Below, piece after piece: positions 20,184 to 29,701 of a stretch of DNA of 64,000 bases (positions are counted from its first letter, which is position 1; the number at the start of each line of letters is the position of its first letter). The notes under the pieces are model-generated. The model was given only the letters and a program-made list of their open reading frames with translations. It did no database searches and was not told where the DNA came from. Made by a program: the position numbers and the translations under genes. Source of the stretch: an uncultured cyanobacterium (GTDB lineage: Bacteria > Cyanobacteriota > Cyanobacteriia > Leptolyngbyales > Leptolyngbyaceae); the NCBI GenBank assembly GCA_963766075.1, contig CAVYAN010000017.1, positions 1-64,000 on the forward strand, given 5' to 3'.

Positions 20184-20597
20184 ATGAATAAGCGCAAATC
20201 TGCGATCGCCGTTGCCCGCCGCCAAAGGGCCTCGACCCATAGAATGCGAACCACAGCGTTTGACGAACTGAATCAGAAGGATTTTCTGACCGGAATTGGG
20301 CTGTGGTTGGTGGTTGAAGTCATGAGTTTCGTGATTTTGCCACCCTTGATTGGCGGGCCATCCGGTGACGTGCTGCAAGGCATGCTCGTTCCCAGCATTA
20401 TCTTTGGACTGGGCGGCGCTTGGCTGATGGGCAATACCTCGCGGTTCATTGCCATTATCCACGAGAAGCGCTTGGGCGTGAATGAGCGCTCCGTGCTGTC
20501 AATCTTGGCCCAGGCTCTTTCCTGGTTTGGCGTTGCCGGAATTCTTTTCCCGTTCATTGTGGTGGTGGGCGAGTTTTTCTCGCGCATGGGGCGCTAG
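20184..20597 (+). CDS. Hypothetical membrane protein
   Basis: AGGAG RBS; three hydrophobic segments. Confidence 0.7.
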   Translation: MNKRKSAIAVARRQRASTHRMRTTAFDELNQKDFLTGIGLWLVVEVMSFVILPPLIGGPSGDVLQGMLVPSIIFGLGGAWLMGNTSRFIAIIHEKRLGVNERSVLSILAQALSWFGVAGILFPFIVVVGEFFSRMGR

Positions 20598-20601
20598 AGC
20601 C

Positions 20602-21190
20602 ATGCGCCGGGAAACTCGCCATGCTTTGAAAGGAGTGGCAGGTGACCGTGGATGCCTTACTTCAGGGGAACACCCTGATTTTGCTGCGTAAGGGCGGCAT
20701 CCACGAAGTCCGCCATGGCTTTACGGTCGAGCAAAGGCAGGTGCTGCTGTTTCCCACCTATGAACATCAGCAGCCCCAGTTGCTGAAGCCTCCCTACGCT
20801 CAGAAAGTGACCGCGGTGGCCTCCGGCTCCTATCCGCCGACTGTAGAGGTGGGCGGCTGGGCAGAAATTACCGAGACTTTGCTACTGCAAGATGCAGAGC
20901 GGGTTAGAGCCCTACTGCCCTTCCACGTGGGGAATGAACGGTTTGTGGAAGAACGGTTGCAATGGCAGCCAGAGCGGACTTTGGCCGTACTGCTGCTACG
21001 GGTGTATCGGCTACCTCTGGTGCAGTTACCTTACCAAAAGAGCTATGGGGGGTGCCGCTCTTGGATTGAGGTGGAACCCGCGATCGCCCTGGAAACCCAT
21101 GATCCCGCTCTGACTGATGGGGAGTTCCAGGCGCAGGTTGCGGCCATTCATCGCGCGATCTCCTCGCGCGATCGCCCTGGAAACCCATGA
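20602..21190 (+). CDS. DUF1802 family protein (apparent frameshift near 20631)
   Basis: HALK-EW motif split by one extra G; LLRKGGIHE, LFPTYEHQ, YGGCRSW. Confidence 0.8.
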
Positions 21191-21250
21191 TCCCGCTCTG
21201 ACTGATGGGGAATTCCAGGCGCAGGTTGCAGCCATTCATCGCGCGATCGC
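21080..21250. repeat. 88-bp-period tandem duplication bounded by HIP1 sites
   Basis: Copies begin at GCGATCGC 21080 and 21168; the second ends in GCGATCGC 21243-21250. Confidence 0.9.
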
Positions 21251-21406
21251 GTAGGCACATCAACTACAAGGTTCAGATACAAGGTCCAGGTTTTTCAAGG
21301 TCCAGTGATTGGTGTCCCGATCACTGGTTGCCCATGACCAGATCAAAAGAGTCCAGAGGCGCTATGAGCGCCTCTGGACTCCTAGGGTTAAACCGTCGGG
21401 ATTGGG

Positions 21407-23719
21407 CTATTCGCCTTCTGCGATCGCTGGAGGATTCAAGGCGGCCTGCGTTTTCACCTTATCCAGTTTCAGCATAATGGTGGCCAATGGTGGCAGGCAG
21501 AGGTCAATTGAGTAGGGGCGATTATGGTAGGCCCATTCATCCGCCCATTTACCACCCAAGTTGCCCATATTGCTCCCACCATAATCGCGAGCATCGCTAT
21601 TGAGCAGTTCTGTATAGAAGCCCTGCTCTGGTACACCCACACGATAGTGCGCATGGGGCTGCGGCGTAAAATTACACACTGTCAGGATGAACTCGTCGGA
21701 ATCCTTGGCCCGTCGGATAAAAGCAATGACGCTATGGCGATTGTCACTACAGTCCACCCATTCAAAGCCCGGTTCCGCAAAATCCTGGGAATATAGCGCG
21801 GCTTCCCGGCAATACAGCGCATTCAGTTCCGACATAAATTGCTTCAGCTTTTGGTGCGATTCATACTGCAACAACTCCCAGTTCAGATCTGCCCACACAT
21901 TCCATTCATTCCACTGGCCAAACTCCATGCTCATGAACAGGGTTTTCTTCCCTGGATGGGCAAACATATAGGCATAAAGACAGCGGATGTTAGCGAACTT
22001 TTGCCACTCATCCCCCGGCATTTTTCCCGGCATATTACTTTTGCCGTGGACAATTTCATCATGGGACAGGGCCAGCATAAAGTTCTCACTGTGGTGGTAC
22101 CACATGCTGAAGGTGAGGTTGTTTTGATGGAACTGCCGGAACCAGGGATCCATGTGGAAATAATCCAGCATGTCGTGCATCCAGCCCATATTCCACTTCA
22201 GGTTAAAGCCCAGACCCCCGACATAGGTGGGCCAAGACACCATGGGCCATGAGGTGGACTCTTCGGCGATCGACAGAATCCCTGGGAAATAGCTAAAGAT
22301 CACATGGTTCATCTGGCGGATAAAGTCTGCCGCTTCAATATTTTCCCGTCCGCCGTATTGGTTGGTCACCCACTCACCCGGTTCCCGACAATAGTCCAGG
22401 TAGATCATGGAGGCTACGGCATCCACCCGAATGCCGTCAATATGATACTTGTCGAACCAGAATAGGGCATTGGCGACAAGGTAGTTACGGACCTCGTTGC
22501 GGGCGTAGTTAAACACAAGCGTTCCCCAGCCCTTATGTTCCCCCTTACGGGGATCCGCGTGCTCATAAAGGTGTGTGCCATCAAAGAAGGCCAGACCGTG
22601 CCCATCCTTGGGAAAATGGCCCGGTACCCAGTCCACGATCACGCCAATGCCGTTTTGGTGGCACTGGTCGATGAAGTACATCAGATCTTCGGGCGTCCCA
22701 TAGCGCGAAGTGGCGGCATAGTGACCAATCACCTGATAGCCCCAGGAGCCGTCAAAGGGATGCTCGGCCACGGGCAATACTTCAATGTGGGTAAATCCCA
22801 GTTCCTTGACGTAAGGGATCAATTTTTCTGCCAGTTCCCGATAGGTGAGGAAACGGGTATCGGGCTTCAGTTCTGAAACGGTGACCACGGGCTCTAGGGT
22901 GCCATCGGGAAGCCGATGCGGTTCTGATGCCGAAGCATGAAGCCAGGAGCCAATATGACATTCGTAAACGGAAATAGGCTTGGTCAACGGTTCGGAGTGG
23001 CGGCGCTGCTCCATCCACTCGCTATCATTCCAGGCGTAGCTATCGAGGTTGGTCACGATGGAGGCGGTTTTAGGCCGGGGCTCCTGCTGAAACCCATAGG
23101 GATCGGACTTTTCGTAAATATGTCCGGCCTGATTTTTGACCTCAAATTTATAGGGAGTTCCGATGCCAATGCCGGGTACAAAGAGATCCCAGATGCCGTT
23201 ACCAATCTTGCGCATCGGGTGTTTGCGGCCATCCCAGTTGTTAAAGTCTCCCAGCAGGGAAACGCTGGGGGAGTTAGGAGCCCAGACAGCAAAGTAAACG
23301 CCTTCTACACCGTTGATCGCGGTAAGGTGGGCCCCCATTTTTTCATAAATGCGGTGGTGATTGCCCTCGGCAAACAGGTGGATGTCAAAGTCTGTGAGGT
23401 AGGGGGAGCGGAAGGCGTAGGGATCGTAGACGACGCGATCGTGGTCGCCTTCCTTCAGCCGTAGTTGATAGTTGGCCAGCTCGGCCACATCCACGGTGCA
23501 CTCGAAAAAGTGGGGATGATGGACGGACTGCATGGCAAATTCTTGGCGGGCTTCGGGCAGCACAACCCACACCTGAGACGCGGTTGGCTGGTAAGTGCGC
23601 ACCACCCAGACTGTTTTTCCGTTGTCATCCACTTGGTGTGGACCCAGGACTTCAAACGGGTCGTGATGGCGATTGCCAATGATCCGCTCGACCTGATCGG
23701 GGGCAACAGTCATGGGCAT
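21407..23719 (-). CDS. glgB: 1,4-alpha-glucan branching enzyme
   Basis: HPFDGSWGYQ, DGIRVDAVASM, AEESTSW, LSHDEIVHGK. Confidence 0.97.
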   Translation of the reverse strand: MPMTVAPDQVERIIGNRHHDPFEVLGPHQVDDNGKTVWVVRTYQPTASQVWVVLPEARQEFAMQSVHHPHFFECTVDVAELANYQLRLKEGDHDRVVYDPYAFRSPYLTDFDIHLFAEGNHHRIYEKMGAHLTAINGVEGVYFAVWAPNSPSVSLLGDFNNWDGRKHPMRKIGNGIWDLFVPGIGIGTPYKFEVKNQAGHIYEKSDPYGFQQEPRPKTASIVTNLDSYAWNDSEWMEQRRHSEPLTKPISVYECHIGSWLHASASEPHRLPDGTLEPVVTVSELKPDTRFLTYRELAEKLIPYVKELGFTHIEVLPVAEHPFDGSWGYQVIGHYAATSRYGTPEDLMYFIDQCHQNGIGVIVDWVPGHFPKDGHGLAFFDGTHLYEHADPRKGEHKGWGTLVFNYARNEVRNYLVANALFWFDKYHIDGIRVDAVASMIYLDYCREPGEWVTNQYGGRENIEAADFIRQMNHVIFSYFPGILSIAEESTSWPMVSWPTYVGGLGFNLKWNMGWMHDMLDYFHMDPWFRQFHQNNLTFSMWYHHSENFMLALSHDEIVHGKSNMPGKMPGDEWQKFANIRCLYAYMFAHPGKKTLFMSMEFGQWNEWNVWADLNWELLQYESHQKLKQFMSELNALYCREAALYSQDFAEPGFEWVDCSDNRHSVIAFIRRAKDSDEFILTVCNFTPQPHAHYRVGVPEQGFYTELLNSDARDYGGSNMGNLGGKWADEWAYHNRPYSIDLCLPPLATIMLKLDKVKTQAALNPPAIAEGE

Positions 23720-23941
23720 GGAGGTACCTTCCTAAAATAAACGCTAGCAATTTGTTAACAAATATAAACTGATAACAAATATAAAGAAAATCCGAAAACA
23801 AAACACGCCCCAACTTTACCATTTGGTGTAGTCGAGGCGGTGGAATTTAGAAACTTTGTTGGGGGATCAACGTGATGCCCCCGGCAAATTTGGAGATGAG
23901 ACGCACAAGAATAGAGGAAAACCCCTTCGGGACGCGATCGC

Positions 23942-24241
23942 TCAGGCGCTTCCCGTAAAGGTGACTTCCGGAAACTTCGCTTGGGCTTCTGCCATCGGGC
24001 GCTGTTTGCCTTCTTCTTGCCAATAGTTGATCACCTCGGTGGCCGCGTTGAGCAATTCCACGCGATCGGCTTCGGCGATCCAGTGCTTGGCTTCCATTTC
24101 GTTCTTCAGCTCTTCCCAAGCATCCTTACGGGGCCAGAAGAAGTAAGCTGTCAGCGGGCTGGTGCCTTTACCCACAACTTGATCTACAGCTAGGGCAACG
24201 TTGTCCGTCAGCCATACCACTTTCAAAATAAACTTAGTCAA
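23942..24241 (-). CDS. psrp3: 30S ribosomal protein PSRP-3 (Ycf65)
   Basis: [30 protein letters not shown] start with GGAGG RBS. Confidence 0.9.
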   Translation of the reverse strand: MTKFILKVVWLTDNVALAVDQVVGKGTSPLTAYFFWPRKDAWEELKNEMEAKHWIAEADRVELLNAATEVINYWQEEGKQRPMAEAQAKFPEVTFTGSA

Positions 24242-24374
24242 CCCAACCTCCCGCAGTTCCCAAAAACTCACAATTTCACAGCTTACTATCGTAACGCAGG
24301 ATTAGGATTGTAGCGTACAGTACGACCAGATTTTTGCGGGTGTACCGTTTTGCGGGTGTCCAGTTTGAGAACCG

Positions 24375-25211
24375 ATGATGATAAACGCGATCGCAATTTT
24401 TGACATTGATGGGGTGGTCCGAGATGTGGGCGGTTCCTATCGACGGGCCTTGGCGGATACAGTGGAGCATTTTACCCAGGGGGGGATGCGACCCTCGGCG
24501 GGGGCAATCGATGCGCTGAAGGCCGAAGGACTTTGGAATAACGATTGGGAAGCTTCTCAGGAGTTGATCTACCGTTATTTTGAGGCTCAGGGACAGCCTC
24601 GGGCCCAGGACTGTGCCCAGCCGGATGCGGGAGTATTGCTGAACTATGACGAAATTGTGGCGTTTTTCCAGGGGCGCTACCGGGGCAAGGATCCGGTGCA
24701 TTGGAATGGCTATATTTGCGATGAGCCACTGTTGATGTCGGCGGAGTATGGGCGATCGCTGACCGCCGCTGGGATTCCCTGGGGCTTTTTTAGCGGGGCG
24801 ACGACGGCCTCGGCGCGCTATGTATTGGAGCGGCGTATTGGATTGCAGTCCCCCATCTTGGTGGCGATGGAGGATGCCCCCGGCAAGCCCGATCCCACGG
24901 GGCTATTCATGGCGTTGGAGCGGTTGGAGACTCAGGCAGTGGCTCCCACTACGATGAATGCCCCGGTGATTTATGTGGGAGATACGGTCGCGGATATGTA
25001 CACCGTGGTGCAGGCCAGACAGCGGCGGAGCGATCGCCCATGGATAGCGGTCGGTATTTTGCCCCCCCACGTTCAGGATGGTGGCACGACCCAGACAGCC
25101 TACGGGGAAAGCTTGCAGCGGGCCGGGGCGGAGATTGTGCTCAACCACATAGAAGCGCTCACGCCTGCTAGAATCGCCCAATTGGTGAGCAACGCCACGC
25201 CTAATGGGTGA
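24375..25211 (+). CDS. HAD-superfamily hydrolase (TIGR01548 type)
   Basis: FDIDGVVRDV, WNNDW, GKPDP, YVGDTVAD. Confidence 0.9.
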   Translation: MMINAIAIFDIDGVVRDVGGSYRRALADTVEHFTQGGMRPSAGAIDALKAEGLWNNDWEASQELIYRYFEAQGQPRAQDCAQPDAGVLLNYDEIVAFFQGRYRGKDPVHWNGYICDEPLLMSAEYGRSLTAAGIPWGFFSGATTASARYVLERRIGLQSPILVAMEDAPGKPDPTGLFMALERLETQAVAPTTMNAPVIYVGDTVADMYTVVQARQRRSDRPWIAVGILPPHVQDGGTTQTAYGESLQRAGAEIVLNHIEALTPARIAQLVSNATPNG

Positions 25212-25247
25212 ACAACGCAAGCTATAACGCAGGCTATAACGCAATCT

Positions 25248-26924
25248 ATGTCGAATCCACTGGACCGCCGCCGCCCGTTTCAGGGACTATTGATCGGCCT
25301 GTTGATTGTTGGGATTGTTTTTCGATTTGTGAATTTGAACCACAAGATCGTCTGGCACGATGAAGCCTACACCGTTCTGCGGGCAGCGGGCTATACGCGC
25401 CGTGCAATCGACCAAGAGCTATTTCAAAATCGCATCATCCCTGCTGCCGATCTACAGCGGTTTCAGCAGATTCGGCCCCAGAGCACGATCGCCGATACCA
25501 TCCATTCCCTCGCCGTTGAAGATCCGCAGCATCCTCCCCTGTATTTTGTCCTGTCTCGCTTGTGGGTGCAAACCATAGGCCCCCTGACCCACAGTGTCTT
25601 CCACAGCAACATCACCGCTTGGCGCTTACTGCCGGCATCGCTCAGCCTATTAGCCTTGCCTTTGATGTACGCCCTAGCCTGGGAACTGTTTGCCAGCCCG
25701 TTTACAGCTTTACTAGCCACGACGCTGTTGGCATTGTCGCCCTTTGATGTGTTATTTGCCCAAACTGCCCGCCAATATAGCTTGCTCACCGTCATGGTGA
25801 TTGGCAGTCAGTGGGCTTTATTGCGGGCGATGCGGCTGACGCGGTGGGCCGGGGGCGAAGTCGGTCGGGGTGGGACCCAGCGCGCTTGGTGGCTCTACGG
25901 CGGCTTGGTGGCTGTGGGACTCTATACCCATCCCTTTTTTGGCCTCACCTTGGCCGGACAGGCTGTTTATCTCGGGGTAGAAATCGGCGGCAAACGCCAA
26001 GGGCGACCCGCCCTGAAGTACTTTAGCCTAGCGTTGATGGGGGCGATCGCCCTTTATCTTCCCTGGATCATGGTGCTAATCACCAATACCCAGCGGGCCT
26101 TAGCCACCACGGACTGGGCCCGAGTGGCACCAGGATTGGACTATCTAGCCAAGCTCTGGACCCTGAGTTTTACATCGCTGTTCTTTGACTTAGACTTCGG
26201 CTTTAACAATCCGTGGACCTATGGGTTGCGCCTACCATTCGTGGTCCTGATTGGCGTGGCCATTTATTGGCTGATGCGGCGGGGGCAGCCATCGACCCAG
26301 TGGGCCATCATTACCTCGATTTTTGTGCCTTTTCTACTCTTGGCATTGCCCGACGTTGTTCTGGGCGGTAAGCGATCGGCTGTGAGCCGTTATTTAATTT
26401 CCTGTTTTCCCGGCGTACAACTGGCGATCGCCCATCTCTTAGCTACCCAGTTGGCTGCCTCCGGGGCGCGATCGCCCAGCCTGTCCACCTCGCCCCGTCA
26501 GTTCTCCAGCCAACCGATCTGGCGCATGGCATTCGTCGCCTGCATTGCCGCTAGCGTGATCTCCCTTGCCAGCAGCGCTGCCGCCTTTACCTGGTGGAAC
26601 AAAGACCTTAGTTATTTCAATTTTGCCGTTGCCCAACGGATTAACGCCACCCCGCAGCCCCTCATCATTAGCGATTTGGGCGACGACTTTACAAACACGG
26701 GCGATCTGCTCTCCCTGAGTTACAGTCTCAAACCTGGGGTGAACGTGCTCCTGCTCAGTCCCGATGCCCAATGGGTGAAAACAGCGGCATTCAAAACCGC
26801 GATCGCAGGGCAGACAGCGATCGCATTTCGCCCAAACCTAGCCACCCGGCAAGCCCTAGAGCAAGCCATCGGCCCGCTACGACCCTTGATTCCCGCCGCC
26901 CACCTGTGGCAAGTGGGCCGATAG
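25248..26924 (+). CDS. Glycosyltransferase family 39 (ArnT/PMT-like) membrane protein
   Basis: WHDEAYT, EDPQHPPLYF, AQTARQYSL, many TM helices. Confidence 0.88.
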   Translation: MSNPLDRRRPFQGLLIGLLIVGIVFRFVNLNHKIVWHDEAYTVLRAAGYTRRAIDQELFQNRIIPAADLQRFQQIRPQSTIADTIHSLAVEDPQHPPLYFVLSRLWVQTIGPLTHSVFHSNITAWRLLPASLSLLALPLMYALAWELFASPFTALLATTLLALSPFDVLFAQTARQYSLLTVMVIGSQWALLRAMRLTRWAGGEVGRGGTQRAWWLYGGLVAVGLYTHPFFGLTLAGQAVYLGVEIGGKRQGRPALKYFSLALMGAIALYLPWIMVLITNTQRALATTDWARVAPGLDYLAKLWTLSFTSLFFDLDFGFNNPWTYGLRLPFVVLIGVAIYWLMRRGQPSTQWAIITSIFVPFLLLALPDVVLGGKRSAVSRYLISCFPGVQLAIAHLLATQLAASGARSPSLSTSPRQFSSQPIWRMAFVACIAASVISLASSAAAFTWWNKDLSYFNFAVAQRINATPQPLIISDLGDDFTNTGDLLSLSYSLKPGVNVLLLSPDAQWVKTAAFKTAIAGQTAIAFRPNLATRQALEQAIGPLRPLIPAAHLWQVGR

Positions 26925-26991
26925 CCCCCCATTCTCAGCCCGCTGCTGCCTACTCCCCTGCCGTGTCTGCCTGTTGACTTCGGCCTGCTCC

Positions 26992-27285
26992 CTAGCCGTC
27001 AGCCTGTGGCAAATGGGTATCCGCATATTTGCGAAGATGGGGACGCAGGACATGGGTAACGGTTTGACTAAAGACGCCCGCGCCAATGCCTCCGGCGATC
27101 GCCACGCCCACGGTACCCGCTCGGCCCCCCACCGTAACCAAAGCACTGAGGACCCCCACACTCAACCAGGTCTTCCAGTGCTTAAAGGCATGATTGCGAT
27201 AGCAAACCGCCCAAACTTGTTTTTGTTGTTCGGCTGAAAGTGCTGCCAGTTCCGGGATATCTTTGCTAGACCAGTACAACTTCAT
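26992..27285 (-). CDS. Hypothetical membrane protein
   Basis: MKLYWSSKDIPELAAL start; glycine-rich TM segment. Confidence 0.65.
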   Translation of the reverse strand: MKLYWSSKDIPELAALSAEQQKQVWAVCYRNHAFKHWKTWLSVGVLSALVTVGGRAGTVGVAIAGGIGAGVFSQTVTHVLRPHLRKYADTHLPQADG

Positions 27286-27462
27286 TGCGACTTGCTCCCA
27301 ATTGCGCTTCAAAACAGGTACGTTGCCTTCAGTATTCCCAAACCTGTTCAGAGCCATCAGGAGGGTGGGGCCAAAACTTTACGACGGACTCATGGTCCAG
27401 CGACTCGTGGCATGAGGTCCAATCCCAAATGCTATATTCAGAAAGCGTTTCTCAGGATTTTT

Positions 27463-28209
27463 ATGCATGATCTTCCGGCCACCGCTGCTTTGATTGTGGG
27501 CGCAGGTCAGGGCATTGGGCTGGAATTTGTCAGGCAATTTCTCCACACCAACCGCTGCGATCGCCTCTATGCCACCTATCGCGACTCCCAGTCTGGGCTG
27601 TTAGACATTCGCGATGCCCGACTGCACTGTTTGCCCCTAGATGTCACGGACCCAGAGCAAATCACCGCCGCGATCAGCCGAATTGAGGCCGAAACTCCAG
27701 CACTGCATGCTGTGATCAATTGTGTGGGCGTACTACACGCGGGGGAAATGCAGCCGGAGAAAAGCCTACGCCAAATTAAAGCCGAACACTTACTCCGCTA
27801 CTTCCAAGTCAATAGCATTAGCGCTGTTCTCTTGGCTCAACAAATTCAGCCCCTGTTGAAACATCGCGATCGCGCCATTTTTGCCACCCTTTCTGCCAAA
27901 GTGGGCAGCATTGGCGACAACCAGCTAGGCGGCTGGTATGGCTATCGGGCCTCGAAAGCCGCCTTAAATATGTTGATGCGAACCACAGCCCTGGAATTTA
28001 AGCGGACCTGTCCTCGGGCGATCGTCGTGACCCTGCATCCCGGCACCACGGACACGCAGCTGTCGCAGCCATTTCAGCGGAATGTGCCCCCGGAAAAATT
28101 ATTCCCCGTAGACCGCACCGTCCAGCAACTGTTAGCCGTGCTCGATCAGCTTCAAGAAACGGACAGTGGCGAGTTTTTCAATTGGGATGGAACCCGCTTG
28201 CCCTGGTAG
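27463..28209 (+). CDS. SDR oxidoreductase (C-factor/CsgA-like)
   Basis: GAGQGIG, SAKVGSIGDN, YRASK, LHPGTTDT. Confidence 0.92.
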   Translation: MHDLPATAALIVGAGQGIGLEFVRQFLHTNRCDRLYATYRDSQSGLLDIRDARLHCLPLDVTDPEQITAAISRIEAETPALHAVINCVGVLHAGEMQPEKSLRQIKAEHLLRYFQVNSISAVLLAQQIQPLLKHRDRAIFATLSAKVGSIGDNQLGGWYGYRASKAALNMLMRTTALEFKRTCPRAIVVTLHPGTTDTQLSQPFQRNVPPEKLFPVDRTVQQLLAVLDQLQETDSGEFFNWDGTRLPW

Positions 28210-28217
28210 GGTGGCGG

Positions 28218-29015
28218 CTACATCCCCCGCATCACAGCACTGCCGACCCCTTGGAACATGACCCAGGACAGGAAAAAATTGGAAATGAAAATAGCCAGCA
28301 GGGCCGTCACCACAGCCGTCGTGGTGGACTGTCCCACACCCTTAGCACCGCCGGTTGTCGTTAGTCCCCAACTGGAGCCAATAATGGAAATTAAAGCTCC
28401 AAAGAAAAAGCCTTTGATTGGAGTGCTGCATAAATCCCAAAAGGTCAGAAAGTTGCGCGCAGAATCCAAAAACACCTTATGGGAAATGCCATACATCAGA
28501 TCGGAGATGATCATGCCTCCCACGATGCCGGTGAATAGAGAAAGCACCGTCAGAATTGGCAACATGAGGCAGCACGCAATGACTCTGGGAATAACTAAGT
28601 AGTCGATCGGGTCTGTCTTGAGCATGTAGAGGGCATCGATTTGTTCGGTGACGCGCATGGTGCCAATTTCCGCCGCAAAGGCAGACCCCACCCGACCAGC
28701 CAGGATAACGGCGGTCAGGACAGGCGCGAGTTCGCGGGCCAAGGCTAGGGAAAGGACGCCCCCCACAGCCGTACCCGCCCCGAGATTAATAAATTCGCGC
28801 GAGACTTGAATGGTGAAAACCATGCCCACAAAGGCTGCTGTCAGCAGGGCAATCAGTAAGGATTCCGGCCCCACCGCGGCCATTTGGTCTAGGGTGTTAC
28901 GCCGATGAATTTTGCCCGCCAAGAGGTGGACGACGACCTGGCCGCCAAGCAGAATGGCGGCCAAGAGGCGCTGGCTCCAAAGGACAATGCTGGATTGTGG
29001 GGGCGTTTCGCTCAT
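28218..29015 (-). CDS. mlaE: MlaE family lipid ABC transporter permease
   Basis: RELAPVLTAVILAGRVGSAFAAEIGTMRVTEQIDAL. Confidence 0.94.
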   Translation of the reverse strand: MSETPPQSSIVLWSQRLLAAILLGGQVVVHLLAGKIHRRNTLDQMAAVGPESLLIALLTAAFVGMVFTIQVSREFINLGAGTAVGGVLSLALARELAPVLTAVILAGRVGSAFAAEIGTMRVTEQIDALYMLKTDPIDYLVIPRVIACCLMLPILTVLSLFTGIVGGMIISDLMYGISHKVFLDSARNFLTFWDLCSTPIKGFFFGALISIIGSSWGLTTTGGAKGVGQSTTTAVVTALLAIFISNFFLSWVMFQGVGSAVMRGM

Positions 29016-29202
29016 GGGGGTTCGTTTCAGGGGTTTCGCTCAGGGGTAGATTTAGACCAGAAAATAGACGGGGCAAAAATGAGAAATCTACGGAGGGTAT
29101 TAATTAATGTTGATTTAAGATTTCTGTCATTTTGCAGGACGACGACGCGATCTGCCCCGTAAGGTGGGAGGTAGTTATTCTCTCTGTCTTCTTGATCTTC
29201 CC

Positions 29203-29496
29203 ATGAGTATCTCACTCAATTTTCTGCGATCGCTGATTCTTGCCAGCATTTTGAGTTTCATCATTCCCGTTGGATCTTTGGGAGTGCTGCTGCTGGGGCT
29301 CTTTTTGGTAGGGCAAGTGCCCTTCTGGGCGGCAGCGAGCCATGACGCGTTACACCAGTGCTTGCAGTTCCTGGCCACCTTTGGCAACGGGGATGCCGTG
29401 GAAGGACTGCTGGTGATCGGCATCGTAGGCAGTTTTGTTGGCGTCCTATTTGATACATTTGTTTTTTATCAGCAGCAACATCTTCATAAAAACTGA
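29203..29496 (+). CDS. Conserved hypothetical membrane protein
   Basis: NFLRSL...FLATFGNG...GVLFDTF pattern. Confidence 0.7.
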   Translation: MSISLNFLRSLILASILSFIIPVGSLGVLLLGLFLVGQVPFWAAASHDALHQCLQFLATFGNGDAVEGLLVIGIVGSFVGVLFDTFVFYQQQHLHKN

Positions 29497-29701
29497 AGCC
29501 CCGCACCCCCACCCTACAAGCTTTTTTCGGTGAAGATGTTCCTGGGCCTTTTTTTGGAACTTTTTTCGGGTCGTGGCGCAGTCCGCGTAAAACCCGAGGG
29601 CTATAGCCAATTGTGTTGGCCATAGCCCAAAAACACCAGCAGGAAAGTGAATAAGTCGGTATCCTGGGTAACGGGAAAGGTGATATCCCAGGAGAGTTCA
29701 G

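Noticed and set aside
29027..29215. 62-aa ORF upstream of mlaE
   Set aside because: AT-rich divergent promoter region; overlaps the opposite gene start; no recognisable features
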